Assembly: GCA_964016885.1 (NCBI GenBank)
Contig: OZ024743.1
Coordinates: forward strand, 26,536,001-26,600,000
Direction of reading: 5' to 3'
Source of the DNA: Eledone cirrhosa
Lineage: Eukaryota
DNA: 64,000 nt
Below are positions 12,670 to 25,099 of the stretch, piece after piece. Position 1 is the stretch's first letter, and each line of letters begins with the position of its first letter. Both the position numbers and the translations under genes were made by a program. The notes below the pieces were generated by a model. That model worked only from the letters and a program-made list of their open reading frames with translations, was not told the DNA's origin and ran no database searches.

Positions 12670-13169
12670 GGTGTAAAGTACCCAATTCACCCTGTAAGGG
12701 GGTACTATTAGAGTCATGATAAAATGCACCCAGTACACTCCAAGCCAAAAAACAGCATAAAAGCAAGACATAGATACCTGACCAATCTAGCTTCAGAACA
12801 TGACAGTCTTTTTAACCCATGAAACCATGGACGATAGATGTTAAATGGTGATGATGTTGATGAATTAGAAGGGCCGCTGATGGTATAAATAGTAGATTGC
12901 TGGCCAAAATGCTTTGTAGTATATAGTTATGCCCTCTTACATTTGGAGTTTAAATAACAGTGAAGTACCAGGTTAGTTGTCATTGACTTATTTATGATGA
13001 GAGACAAAGAAATTTGATGGATGAACAGAATGTTTGAGTTGTTAAGGAGCTGAACTTCAATTTTTACATATATGACTTGGTCTATTATACACAAAATATT
13101 GGCTGAACAAAACAAAAACTGAGTAGACTGTTATTACATTGTATACTCAGGGATTATTACATTGTATAC

Positions 13170-13873
13170 TCAGAGACCTGGGCGCTGAAGGTGGAAGACT
13201 TACGTAGATTAGAGAGAAACGAAGCCTGCATGCTCCGATGGATGTGTAACAGTAATATACGTGAACGACAAAGCATAAATGAATTGAGAGAGAGACTGAG
13301 CATAAGAGGAATCAAATGCTGCGTGCAGGAGAGGCGGTTACGCTGGTATGGACATGTGATGCGTATGAAGGATGACAGCTGCATAAAAAGGTGCAGAGCA
13401 CTAGAAGTTGATGGAAACCGCGGAGTGGGGAGACCCAAGATGACTTGGGATGAGGTGATAAAAGCCGACCTTACCCAACTACACCTCTCAAAGTCAATGA
13501 CACACGACCGTGACTTCTGGCGTCACGCAGTAATACAGGGTACCCGACCTCCCATGGGTACATGCTGAAGCATATAAACAATATGCCCCCCACCCCCCAC
13601 CGCAAGGTGGTCGTGGAGGTGCCACGGCAAAAAAGCACCTAGCCCACACTGTAAAGTGGACGTGTAGGCGCCACGAAAAAGCACCCAGCACTCACTGTAA
13701 ATGAGGTTGGTGTTAGGAAGGGCATCCAGCTGTAGAAATCAAGCCAGATCAGTTCCTGTATGAGCAAGGCATGGTCAGCCGACCAGACACTGCCCACAAC
13801 AGGACAACCCGTCTAACCCATGCTAGCGTGGAAGAACGGACGTAAAACGGTGATGATGATGATGATGATGATG
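13170..13873 (+). mobile_element. 5'-truncated RTE LINE: ORF C-terminus, 3'UTR and (GAT)n tail
   Basis: ORF 13191-13568 (RRLRWYGHVMRM...GRPKMTW) is homologous to 52673-53044. (GAT)n tail at ~13850-13873. ACTCAG on both flanks is a possible TSD. Confidence 0.9.
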
Positions 13874-14844
13874 ACTCAGTTTTTACTGGAGAAATAAAGC
13901 TAAATTATTAGTGTTTAACTGACTTCTCTGAAGTCTAGTTCATTTAACTAGTTTTAAAAATTTGTTTTTTATACAATAAGTTTCTGCCTCATTAGGCTGT
14001 CAGATTTCACAGACATGACTGTGTGGTTAAGAAGTTTACTTCAAAACCACATAGCTTCAGGTTCACTCCCATCATGTTGCACTTTAGACAAGTCTTCTCC
14101 TATAGCACTGAGGCAGTCAATGCCATGTGAGTGAATTTAGTAGATAGAAACTAAAGTAGGCCATCATATATGGGTGTGTATATATAACTGTCACTGCAAA
14201 ATGTCATATTGACACCATTTGTTACATCAGCGATGACATTGCTTATGTCTTCCATAAATGGTATGTTCTGCAGTGTAGTGGTTTGACAGATGTTAGCAGC
14301 ATATGTATAAATGGACCCTTAACTTTTGATGGGCTCATGGAGGCACTGTAGTGACATATGATGTTTTGGGCATTTTCAACCAGGTCTGAACTCAACCAAT
14401 TTTTTCCAGAGAAGGAAAGAGCTGAAGCAAGAAAAAGATATAGAAGAAGAATTGACCCTAGTATTTGAATGGTATTTTTCCATCGGCCTTAGGCAAAGTT
14501 GACTTCAATGGGATTTGAATTTAGAGCCTGGTACAAATACTGCAAAGCTTTCTCTCTGACATTCTAATGATTCTTTTAATTTACTGTCCTTAACAGCATC
14601 TACAATACTTGAAAATATATTAAGAGGGCATCCTACCTCAAAAGTCTTGTCAACTTCTATTAGCATAGAAAAAGCAGATGTCCTGTTACAATGTTATATC
14701 TTTGTATCTCATTTACCAGTGTTACAGTTAGAATCTCCCAAAGACTAACTAAATACCTCAATGAGAAATCATAAATAACACCACATCGCTATTGTGAATA
14801 CTGGTAGTTAGTTACACTTAATATTGCCCTTCATTATAATATGT

Positions 14845-15005
14845 TGGGTTGGCAGTATCAGTAGAGGATCTGACTCCATGCTTTGCAGCAAAGAGTTCAA
14901 ATCCCGCCGAGGTTAACTTTGTCTTTCATCCTTACGGGGTCGATAAAATAAAGTACCAGTAATGCACTGGGTAATTGCTGGCCTTGTGCCAAAAGTAGAA
15001 ACAAT
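14845..15005 (+). mobile_element. tRNA SINE with Meta-domain-like body
   Basis: GAGTTCAAATCCCGCCGAGGTTAACTTTGTCTTTCATCCTTACGGGGTCGATAAAATAAAGTACCAGT. Related copies at ~14455-14590 and ~20825-21010 (minus) and ~29730-29830, ~34690-34950, ~35780-35890 (plus). Confidence 0.7.
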
Positions 15006-15009
15006 TATA

Positions 15010-15220
15010 ATATAATGAAAATTGTGTACAGTGCTCAGGTGCACTACAACTCATCAAAGGTGCATGTATAGTACATAGAATAATGTACAAATGGCAGGAA
15101 AGTGAATAATGTGCAAATGTTAGGAAAGTAACAATTTATGCACACAGATACATGCGCGTGTATAGAGGGGGAAATCAGGTGTAGTGTTGGCAAATTTTGA
15201 AGGATGCAGTGTCCCGATAA
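15010..15220 (-). mobile_element. LINE-like 3' end with (ATT)n tail
   Basis: Reverse complement of ~18730-18835 (TTTGACGAGTTGTAGTGCACCTGAGTACTGT...TTCATTATTATT). Confidence 0.55.
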
Positions 15221-15720
15221 ACCGTTGCTCCTGAATCCAGTGGTAATGTGTATTTTTATAGGAAATGTGTTATTTGGATAGTTTGCTGATTGTAATTAAC
15301 TAAGAGACCAAATGTAAATGTTTATAAGAGCTATATGGCCTTATTTATGTGATTTGTTAGTAGCAAGTATGTTTTGATATATAGAAACAATAGTATTCTA
15401 ATTTATTGTCTTTGCTTTATTCTTGCTGATAAAGTATTTTGGAGTCTAATGTGAATTTCAGCCCTTTGAAAGTCGAAATTTGGCCTAAAAATATATATTT
15501 AAAAAACCTTGGCTTTTACATGAGTATATAATATATTTGGCTTTTACAGGAATATATAATATTTTACATGAATATGTAAAATTTGGTTTTTACATGAGTA
15601 TATAATATATTTGGCATATTTCTGCTAAATGAACAAATAGGCAAAATAATTGAAATTACTTAAAAATCTTATTCTATAAATTGATCTGAAGATACTTTTT
15701 TATTTATCTAGAAAGTTTAA

Positions 15721-15905
15721 CCCTTTAGCATTTACATTACTCTATATTTACTATTGTATTTTCATGGTAAACATTTTATCTCACATAATATTGAATCTAC
15801 GAGATTTTGATATTATTTATTTTGAGAACAATACCATAACAAGTATGAGCAGCCAGTTGGAACAGAAAGAGGTGAGAGAATTCTGGCTGGATTTGGTCAG
15901 TTAAA
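15721..15905. mobile_element. piggyBac-type MITE, family P2
   Basis: TTAA|CCCTTTAGCATTTA terminus. Copies at ~32508-32712 and, inverted, 35016-35222. Confidence 0.7.
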
Positions 15906-16007
15906 CTAGAATTGAAATGAACTGGCATACTTTTTATAAATCTTCATCCTTTTACATTATTTTTAAAAATCGTACTTAAGCGTTTGATTTATATATTACT
16001 GTTACAG

Positions 16008-16068
16008 AAAAAAAGACCCCCAAATCTCCACAGACTACGAAAACATCAAAAGCTGCTCAAAATTCTGG
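16008..16068 (+). CDS. C2H2 zinc-finger gene, exon 2 (61 nt; EKKTPKSPQTTKTSKAAQNSG)
   Basis: Acceptor GTTACAG and donor GG|GTAAGA. Phase 1 in and phase 2 out join exons 1 and 3 in frame. Confidence 0.8.
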
Positions 16069-16330
16069 GTAAGATATTTTCCATTCATATTTCAGTTGTC
16101 TGTTAATGAACTAATTATTGTTATCTTTTCTTACACCAACACTGAATTCCTTATTCAGTTATTTTAGATCTAGGTTATTCTGTCAGTATCCTTTCTTTGG
16201 GATTTATATTTTTACATTAAAAACATTTTGTTTTAAATGTTGTAAATAGAATTAGAAGCTTTCACCATATATTGACTCTAGTCTAATATTAGGGCACATG
16301 AACCTAATATTAGACTATTTTCTGTAGTCA

Positions 16331-16482
16331 CAGACCTGTCAATTCTTCCCCTCCGATATCTGGGTGCGAGATGTTTTCTCTTGTGAAAATGGATATAGCT
16401 TTCATTATGTAAAATCTCCCCATTTTGGGGTACTTTTTTTCATGGTACTCCCCATTTGGGTTTTTAGAGGTTGGCAGGTCTG
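16331..16482. mobile_element. MITE family B (hAT-like), copy 1
   Basis: TIR CAGACCTGTCAA ... TTGGCAGGTCTG with TAGTCA duplicated on both flanks. Second copy at 39293-39487. Confidence 0.75.
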
Positions 16483-16582
16483 TAGTCAATATACAGTGAA
16501 AACTTCTAATTCAATTTACAAAATTTTCAATCACCACCATATTCTAATTTACATGTGCTTATATTTTTTTTTAATATTTTAG

Positions 16583-18159
16583 TGCCTCACATATGAAAAG
16601 GAAACTAGACATAACCCCAGAAAAGATAACTGATAAAAAAATCAAATTACAAAAAGATGAATCTGTTGACAAATTGCTTGTAAAAAAACCTTGTAAAACC
16701 TCCAAATCTCCACTATCACCACCTCCAATTTCAGCAACACTTTCTAAAAAGCCTGAACCACAACAAAATATTGTCAGTTTGCTGGATAACTCTATGAAGA
16801 CTCCTCCTTCTTCTGTTCCCACACTTGATTCAACCCCACAGATCAATTTAGACAATACTTCTGTCATAACTGTGTTAAAAGATGCTGATGAAAAGGTGTC
16901 AAATGCTATGGTTGAAGACATAGTTCAGTCATTCTCACCTTGTCAAATGGAGAAAGTATCTGATCTCATCATGACCACATCTGCTACAGCTGAACAATCT
17001 CTTCCAGAGGTTCAGTCTACAATTACAACAGAAGCAGAAGCTCCTTGTGCAATTATTACTACTAACACTTTAGCGAGTTTTCATGTTCCTACAGACAACT
17101 CTGTGGCTCTTTTAAGCAAAGAAATTTCTGAAAATATTCAAATTTTTCAAAATATTCAAAAAGATGCAAAACTGAAGGAAGACCAAATTCAAGTGACACT
17201 TCCTCCACCCCAGATTCACGAAGAAATACAAAATCAAAAATCTGTTTCTAAATCACTAGAGAAGTCTGATTCTAAAACAGAACATGTTATTATTGTCCAT
17301 CAAGAGCAGCAACTTGATCAAAGTTCTGAATTTCTTATAGGAGACAAAGAGTTGATTCAGAAAGATCTCTGTGAAACTACTGTAAATAATGAGTTTAATT
17401 CTGTTGGACAATTTAGTTCAATTCCAACAGTTGCTTTACAAAATTCCATTCCTTCATCTGTAGTAGAACCTTCTTACGATGTTGAGGTATCTCTGCCTTC
17501 TGCAAAACCTATCATAACATTCGCTGAACAACTACCCCATACCTCACCATACACAGTTTCACTTTTAAACAATAGCAATAAAGATAAAGAAGCAGTTGAA
17601 TCTCTGATGAATGAAACAAGCATTTCTGAGAAAGTGCTAGAAACACCAAACGTAATGATGTGTTTGTCTTCAAGTGGAGCAGAGCTTGTCTCTGGGAGCA
17701 TGACCCTTGATGTTGCTACACATGATGATGCTGAGAGGTTGGAAACAGAGGCAGCAATTCAAGAAATAACTGCTTCATTTACACAATCATTCAATGGTAA
17801 TGACATTGTTGTTACATCTGAAAAAGATACCATCCCAAAGTCATCTCTGTCATTAGCTGAAGCTGCCAAGATGGTAGCTGAATCACAGACTATCGTTGAT
17901 CTACAAGAAGAAGTTACGTTACCTATAAGTTCACTCACCCATTGTGCAGTACAGCAAATCTCAGATACTACTAGCCCTATTACTAGTAGTAGTTCAAATG
18001 GAGTGCCACCCACTGCTGTTGCATCTACCCAGACTCCTTTACAATTACCCAGGAAGGGCGGAAATTCAGCTAAAGTTGGTTCCATTATTAAGTCTTTACC
18101 TCTGAATGCATCAGGTCATGTTAAACTGGGTGATAAATTAGATGTTGAAGATGATTGTA

Positions 18160-18194
<35 letters not shown>

Positions 18195-18353
18195 GAGGAG
18201 GATGAAGAGGAAGAGGATGATGATGAAGAGGAAGAGGGTATTGATGATCAGGAAGTTTCCAGTCAGAAACTGACTCAGGAGTTCATTATAGTTCATTTAC
18301 CTGAAGGCACACAGATTAAGAGACAGCGTGTGGACCATAGAAGTAAAGAAGAG
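16583..18353 (+). CDS. C2H2 zinc-finger gene, exon 3 (long acidic, S/T-rich region with D/E tract)
   Basis: Acceptor ATTTTAG at 16582, open frame (ORF 16593+), donor GAG|GTATTT at 18354, phase 0. Confidence 0.85.
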
Positions 18354-18579
18354 GTATTTATGTTTTCTATCATTCTTTTATTCTTTTACTGGTTTCAGCC
18401 ATTTGGTTGCAAGCATGTCAGGACACCACATTGAAAGTTTTTAATTGATCATATCTACCTCAGGACTTGTTTTTTAAAGTTTGGTTCTTATTGATCTTTT
18501 TTTGTTGAACTGCTAAATTACTGGACAATAAACAAAGACATGGTGACATACACATATATACATACATACACACACACAT

Positions 18580-19050
18580 TATCACCGTTTAACATCCATT
18601 TTTCCACGCGAGCATGGGTTAGATGAGTTGTCCTGTTGTGAGCAATGCCAGGTAAGGTGACCATGTCTTACTCATACAGAACTGGTTCTGACTTGGTTTC
18701 TACATGCACACATGTATATCATGACTCATACACTGTCCACTTTCCTGCCATTTGTACATTATTCTATGTACTATACATACACCTTTGACGAGTTGTAGTG
18801 CACCTGAGTACTGTTCACAATAATTTCATTATTATTTACAGTGTGGGCTGCGTGCTTTTTGTGTTGTGACAACTACACGACCACTTTACAGTGTGGACTG
18901 GGTGCTTTTTGTCGTGACACCTATACGACCACTTTACAGTGTGGGCTGGAGGCTTCACTGGATGTATACTTCAGCCTGTCCTCATGGGAGTGGGTGGGAT
19001 GGGGTGGTGCATACTATATATATGCTTCAGCTTCGACCTGTGTTCATGGG
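18580..19050 (-). mobile_element. RTE 3'UTR/tail interrupted by a nested LINE 3' fragment (~18705-18835)
   Basis: Reverse complement of 13550-13860, split by a segment matching 15010-15110. Confidence 0.7.
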
Positions 19051-19618
19051 AAGTTGGGTCTTCTGTATGTGTGTGTGTGATAGGCTTCTGTAGTTTCCTC
19101 GGTTTGATTCCACCATGTCATCTTGGGCAAGTGTCATTTACCATAATCTTTGTTCAACCGAAATCTTGTGAGTGAAATTGGGTAGACAGAATCTGTTTGG
19201 AAACCCATTAGTTGAAGTGTATATATAATTCAATAGCCCAGTCTTCCCACATACTGTGTCATATTGAAATCTAGAAAATTACAGTCTGTGTAATGCTCAG
19301 CCACTTGTACATTAATTTTCATGAGCAAGCTATTTTATTGATCGAACAACTAAAATACTTATCTTTTTTTAAGCTCATAAATAAAATGACAAAAGAACGT
19401 GACAAGTGTTGAGATGTATTTCATATTAAGTATAGGTCATGTGAATGTGCCTGTGTATTGTTTTTATGTGTTTGTCTTTATGTGTAGTGTATGTATGTCT
19501 GTTTTCATATGTATGTTTGTGTTTGTGCATGCACATATAATTTTTATCTGCCTTTCTTCCAATAATGAATGGAAATAATTATGTATATATGATGTTATAT
19601 ATATATATAATGTTATAT

Positions 19619-19863
19619 AAGTACAAACACAGACAAATATAAAAACAGATATACATACAAGCATACAAACACAAGACTTCATCATCATCATTCTCATCAT
19701 CGCTTAATTTTATTTTCCATGCTTTCTTGTACTGAGTCAAGCCTCAGTACAAGAAAGCATGGAAAATAAAATTAAGCGATGATGAGAATGATGATGATGA
19801 TGAAGTCTTGTGTTTGTATGCTTGTATGTGTATCTGTTTTTATATTTGTCTGTGTTTGTACTT
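19619..19863. repeat. Long near-perfect inverted repeat (~118-bp arms, 6-nt loop)
   Basis: Arms 19619-19736 and 19743-19863 around TCAAGC. They differ by one substitution and one extra ATG unit. Confidence 0.95.
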
Positions 19864-20354
19864 GTGCATTCACTATTATACGCGTATCTTTGTTGTGCAC
19901 ATGCATTCATTTCTATTGTCTCTCTTCCATGAATGGATGGAAATTATTTTTCTGTGTTGATAATATAAGTGACGAAATATTTGGATTCTGAGGTTTGCTG
20001 CACCTTGAAATGTATTGGAAGTAATTTTAAGCAAAAGAGCTTTTGTTTAAAAATACATTAGTAGTAACTTTTTAGCACTACAATCGACTGTCTTTGTTTA
20101 ACTCCAGATACACACAGAAATACAGATCGAAAATTTGTATTTTGAGAATCTATTTTAATATGATTATGCATTTGATTCAGTTTGTTTACATAATATAAAG
20201 TTCTAAATTTTAGTTTATTCAGTGCTTTTATTGGCATGATCTCATGAAATATATGCATTTTATTTAATATATTTATTCCTTGAACTGTTTTTGATATAAT
20301 TTATTTGATTTCAGTTAGAAATTTGTAATCAATGTTAATAATTATATTTTTCAG

Positions 20355-20463
20355 AGTTTGGTTGGTGTTAGAGTTGATGTGAATGGCTGTTATAAATGTA
20401 CAGAATGTGATTATTGTACAGTGAAGAAGGTAAACTGGTACAAGCACCGAAAGAAACATTTAG
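20355..20463 (+). CDS. C2H2 zinc-finger gene, exon 4 (finger 1: YKCTECDYCTVKKVNWYKHRKKH)
   Basis: Acceptor TTTTTCAG, donor TAG|GTTAGT; phase 0 in, phase 1 out. Confidence 0.9.
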
Positions 20464-20535
20464 GTTAGTAAAATCTTTTGCCAGTAAAATGTCAGTTCTC
20501 ATGCATTTAACTATACATTGTTAAGTTATTGTTAA

Positions 20536-20766
20536 CCTTTGCTCACATGTTTCAATATATTTCGAAAATAATGAAGGCTTTGGAGGAATTTAGTAATATT
20601 GTTTAACTTATTCATTATTAAGTTGGCATTTGGAACATTACTAAAAAATTTCTTACATGAAATTATGATGGATGTTATAAATGAACACTTTAAAACAAGC
20701 AGCCTTGTATCCAAAAAGAAAAAAAAAAGGACAGGAGCTGTTTCAGAGAGGTTGGTATCAAATAGG
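20536..20766. mobile_element. piggyBac-type MITE, family P1, inverted copy
   Basis: TTAA|CCTTT ... ATAGG|TTAA, with reverse-complement similarity to 12045-12249. Confidence 0.65.
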
Positions 20767-21224
20767 TTAAATTTTGTAGTTAATGGGAGACATAAAATTC
20801 CTCCTATGTATAATGATTTCTACTATAGGCACAAGGCCAACCATTTTGAGGGAGGAGAAAGTCTATTAAATCAACCCCAGTGCATTACTGGTGCTTTATT
20901 TTATCAACCTTGTAAGGATAAAAGGCAAAGCTAACCTCAGCGGGATTTGAACTCAGAACGTAAAGGCCCATAACTCTATGCTGCAGAGCATGTTGTCCAG
21001 TGCTCTACCGATTGTCATATAATTCTAGTCTGTTGCAGCTAACATTCTTTGATGATTAGGTACCTTTTCCTTCCCTACTATGTGAGAATAAATCATAAAG
21101 TTAAGTGTATTGTTTAGATATACAACAAAACATTGGTTCTCTTTTACACCTATTTATCCATATTTCTCTGCCCATCATTCTAAACTGATAATGAAACATT
21201 TCAGATCTAGGGATTATAAGACAC

Positions 21225-21530
21225 ATCATCATCATCATCGTTTAATGTCCACTTTCCACGCTAGCATGGGTTAGACATGTCCCATTTGAGTAAAGTTAGG
21301 TCAGGTGACCTTGTCTTGCTCATATAGAACTGTTTCTGTCTAGATTTCTACAGCTGGATGCCCTTCCTATTGCCAACCACATTTACAGTGTGGGCTGGAT
21401 ACTTTTTGTTGTGGCACCTTCACAACCAATTTACAGTGTGTGTTGAGTGCTTTTGTCGTGATTCCTACACAACAACTTTACAGTGTGGGCTGGGTGCTTT
21501 TTGTGGTGACATCTACATGACCCCCTTACA
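21225..21530 (-). mobile_element. RTE 3'UTR/tail with ~41-bp internal tandem units
   Basis: (CAT)n-CGTTTAATGTCC..CCACGCTAGCATGGGTTAGAC, followed by repeated TTTACAGTGTG.G.TG...GCTTTT units. Confidence 0.75.
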
Positions 21531-22431
21531 AAATAATATTTTGAAAGTGTTTTTACTCTAAAGCAAAGAACCACAACACATGAATTATAACTATAAAAAC
21601 AGCTGTGAATATAACTGCTTAAGGTGAAAAAAAATCACCTGTGAGCATTTTTTCAATTCAATTTTGTGAGTTCCACAACAGGGATCAAGAGGTTAAACCA
21701 ATTTTAGTATGATTTGAAATCACAATTATGAATTACTCAATTCATCTTCATTGAAACTCTTACATAGTTATAACTTTTTATTTCATTAGTCCAGCAATCT
21801 ATTTACAGATGTTCGTGTAATATTATATTTAGCTTCTGTTTTACTGAAAGACTCCCTTTGGTTATTATAGGCCATAATGTTGTCTAAGAGAAAAGCAAAG
21901 GCCAATATAGCTTGGCACCAGCAACAATGCCACTTGGACTGGGAACCAAACTCATTACCTTATTCTGATCACGAGCTTAACCACTAGTTTAAAGCTCATT
22001 TTGTGAGATTCATTTATCATTGCAGACACTTTACTTTTAATGTTCTGTACCATATGAAACCACATTGGCAAGGAACTCTTGGAAAGTACAAAACAGCACA
22101 ATGACTGTATCAGAGTGAATCACATTAAAAATTGAAGTCATTGCTCTAAAAGAGTTACAGAATAATGCTACAAATTTTCACAATGATCTGTTTTTAGATA
22201 TTTCTTGCTAAATCATTACAGAATATTAAGAATTAATATGTTTGTGAAGCTCAGTAGTAAATTGGATAATGTACCACTCTTATGCTTTGCAGTAAGCATT
22301 CTCTTCTCACCCTGGAGAATACCTAACTCTATTATTCTAATGAAGAAATCATCATTTGAATCCTTGATATATTTATGAACTTCTCTTTTCTTGTTAACAT
22401 TAACTTTTTAATTTTTTTCCTTCCAAACTAG

Positions 22432-22601
22432 GCCTGCGACCCCACAGCTGCATCAAGTGTAATTACAAAGCAACAACTAGCAGTAACTTGAAACGTCACA
22501 TGGCAATACATGCAGACCTTCGAGAATATAAGTGTAACCAGTGTTCTCATTACTTCAGACAGAAAATCCACTTAGAGAGACATATGAAGTACAAGCATGA
22601 A
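22432..22601 (+). CDS. C2H2 zinc-finger gene, exon 5 (fingers 2-3)
   Basis: Acceptor after a polypyrimidine tract (AACTAG). Encodes HSCIKCNYKATTSSNLKRHMAIH and YKCNQCSHYFRQKIHLERHMKYKH. Donor GAA|GTTAGT, phase 0. Confidence 0.92.
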
Positions 22602-23464
22602 GTTAGTAAATTATATTTTTTAATGTTTTGTAATACATTAATGTTTTAGGAATATTACCTTTGCTGTATCCTGTTTAGAATAAGTACACTGCATCTCTGT
22701 TTGTTGTAAGAGACAAATAAAAGGGTTTGGATCAGGAAGGTTCTCAAAAAGAACCCCATGATAAGTAATTGCCAGTCATAGGGCCTGAAGAGCTAACCCT
22801 TGCTTTAGCAGTGGAAATAGCCTTAAAACCTTTGTCATTGTTGTTGTACCTTTATGATAGATTTAGTTATGGGCACAAAAGTGTGACTTAATAAATCCAT
22901 ACCTTTATTTTCACCATTCAACACTGCTTCCTACAATTTACTATATTGCATAAGCTATCTCAATGTATATTAGATAGATTAAAGTATAAAAGAATTTGTC
23001 GTGCATTATTTTAGCCAATATAGATATTAACAAAATGTTAAACTGTGTAACATATAATCAAGTAGAGGAAGAAAATAGTGTGATCATTATTAAAACAGTT
23101 TTACTTGCTCATCTAAGTCAGTTTAGTTAATTTCAAACTACAAACAGATTTTTGACACAAAGGACCATATTCCTTCTACAACAACTACATTGATGTACTA
23201 ACAGCACAACAAACCAACAGAGGAGTCTTTATGCCATTGTTCAATCTGCTAGAAATAGCAACCAAATATTCCTTTCAAAAGCAAATATATATTGGATAAT
23301 GTAATCTTAGCTACCCTGGAAAGCCTTTTGTTAGAGCTCTGTCTGTTTAAGATTGGCACAAGAATAAAAACCCACAAACATCAAAAATGTAAGACACGTT
23401 TACATTAATTTCCAAATTTGAGCACAAGGTCTCCAAATTAGAAGTATTTTTATGACTAGCTATT

Positions 23465-23645
23465 CACTGGGATACCTATCATGACTAAGCACTTTGGTTA
23501 CTATATTTCTGGAGCCAGTGCTCCAGAGCAAGAGACCGGATATGACCTCACTGCTGGCACGGTGACAGTGGCCAGCAAACTGAGCTCTCCGGGACCTTAG
23601 AAGGGCAGAGGCTCGAGGGAGTTTGCCATAGATTTTAGATAAGGT
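23465..23645 (-). mobile_element. Fragment of a second RTE-clade LINE ORF C-terminus
   Basis: KIYGKLPRASALLRSRRAQFAGHCHRASSEVISGLLLW resembles the RTE 'RRLxFAGHCxR' motif. Confidence 0.6.
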
Positions 23646-25099
23646 GGGGGGACGGGACCTGGGGGACAGGGAATTCTGGGGCATGAGAGTGAGATCCATC
23701 ATCTCGACAGTAGTCAACGAATGATGATGATGATGACTATATTTCTAATAAAATACATTGTTTATAATTTTTAAATATTTGTGAAAATAATCAAGAATTT
23801 GGAGAGTAATATAACTAACTTTCTTATTGTTAAGCTGGTGTTTGCAGCATAACTTAAGACTTCTTACATAAAATTATGATGGAAAATTTTTAGATAAATA
23901 TAGATACTTTAAAACAAACAATTTTGTAATGTAAAATCAGGGTTAGTTTCAGGTGGTATAATATCAAGTGCTAACTGAATATTCTTAGATAGTTGGTAAT
24001 AGGTAATAAATCTTGAATTAGTCAACTATTTGCTTGCCGAAAGTTCATCTACTCTCAAGTCTTGAATAATGCTGGCCTTGTACCTAAAGTAGAAACAATT
24101 ATTAGAATATATCAGAATCATTATCAGCTGGTTATTAAAAAAGAAACTTGTTTATGGGCTGTATGGCAGTGGTTATGTCCCTTGGTTATGTTCAAATTCT
24201 GTCCATGTCCACTACTTTTCCTAATGGAACAATTGGGTGTAACAGTTTTGGCATTGGCCATTTGACACTGCCATTTTGGTGACAGATGATTTGGCACTGA
24301 AGGCACATACATACAGACAGAGAGAGAGAGAATGAATTGAAAGACACATACACACACTGAAACACAGACAGAGAAAGAGAGAGAGAGAAAATGAATTGAA
24401 AATAATAATGAAGTAGTGATTAGTAGAATAAAACCTTATTAGAATAAATAATAATTTCTTGACAAAACATTTGATGCCAAATAGATTTTGCACTAAATTG
24501 GTGTCTTGGCAGTGCTAAAGCTACTTAACTCTACTTTTCTTCCTTCTAATTTGTACCTGGTGGTGCCCAAGCATTGCTATAGTCTAATGACTCAAACTAT
24601 TAAATGAATAACTTAAAAGACTGTTGTTCTTGTTATTGATTTGTTTCAAACAACTTAACTTGCTTGAGTAAACTGAGTTAAGATAAGAGCTAATCAAATA
24701 ATTGAGAAAAACAAATAACTCAGTTCTTTTGATATGCTATGTTTCAACCTAGTCAAATGTTTCATTGTACAGCCAGTGAGGGTTATACATTTCTTCACAG
24801 CAGCGTTCTTTTGTCTTCTAGCAGTTAGTCTTCTATGTTAAATTATCTATTTTTCATCTAACTTCTATTTTCATATTACATGTCTTGAAGCATCTAAAAT
24901 CCTCATAGTATTTGTATTGATTTACATTCAATCACCTCATTCACTCACTATAGAAAGCTCTCTCTCTCTCTCTCTCTCTCTCTGCCTATCTGATCTATCT
25001 TCATTGTAGTTGTAATATTAGTTATATGATAGGAAATCCTTTCCTTAAAAAAATGAAAATGCTGTTATTATAATTATCATTCATCTTGCTTTCTTTCAG

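Noticed and set aside
18354-18434. Hydrophobic C-terminus of ORF 16593-18434 suggesting a membrane anchor (likewise the tail of ORF 10884-11972)
   Set aside because: Intron read-through past the splice donors at 18354 and 11920; the spliced model continues into the zinc fingers.
18840-18950. Regularly spaced ~41-bp palindromic repeats resembling a CRISPR array (also 21385-21530)
   Set aside because: No unique spacers, eukaryotic context and no cas genes. They are tandem units of the RTE 3'UTR.
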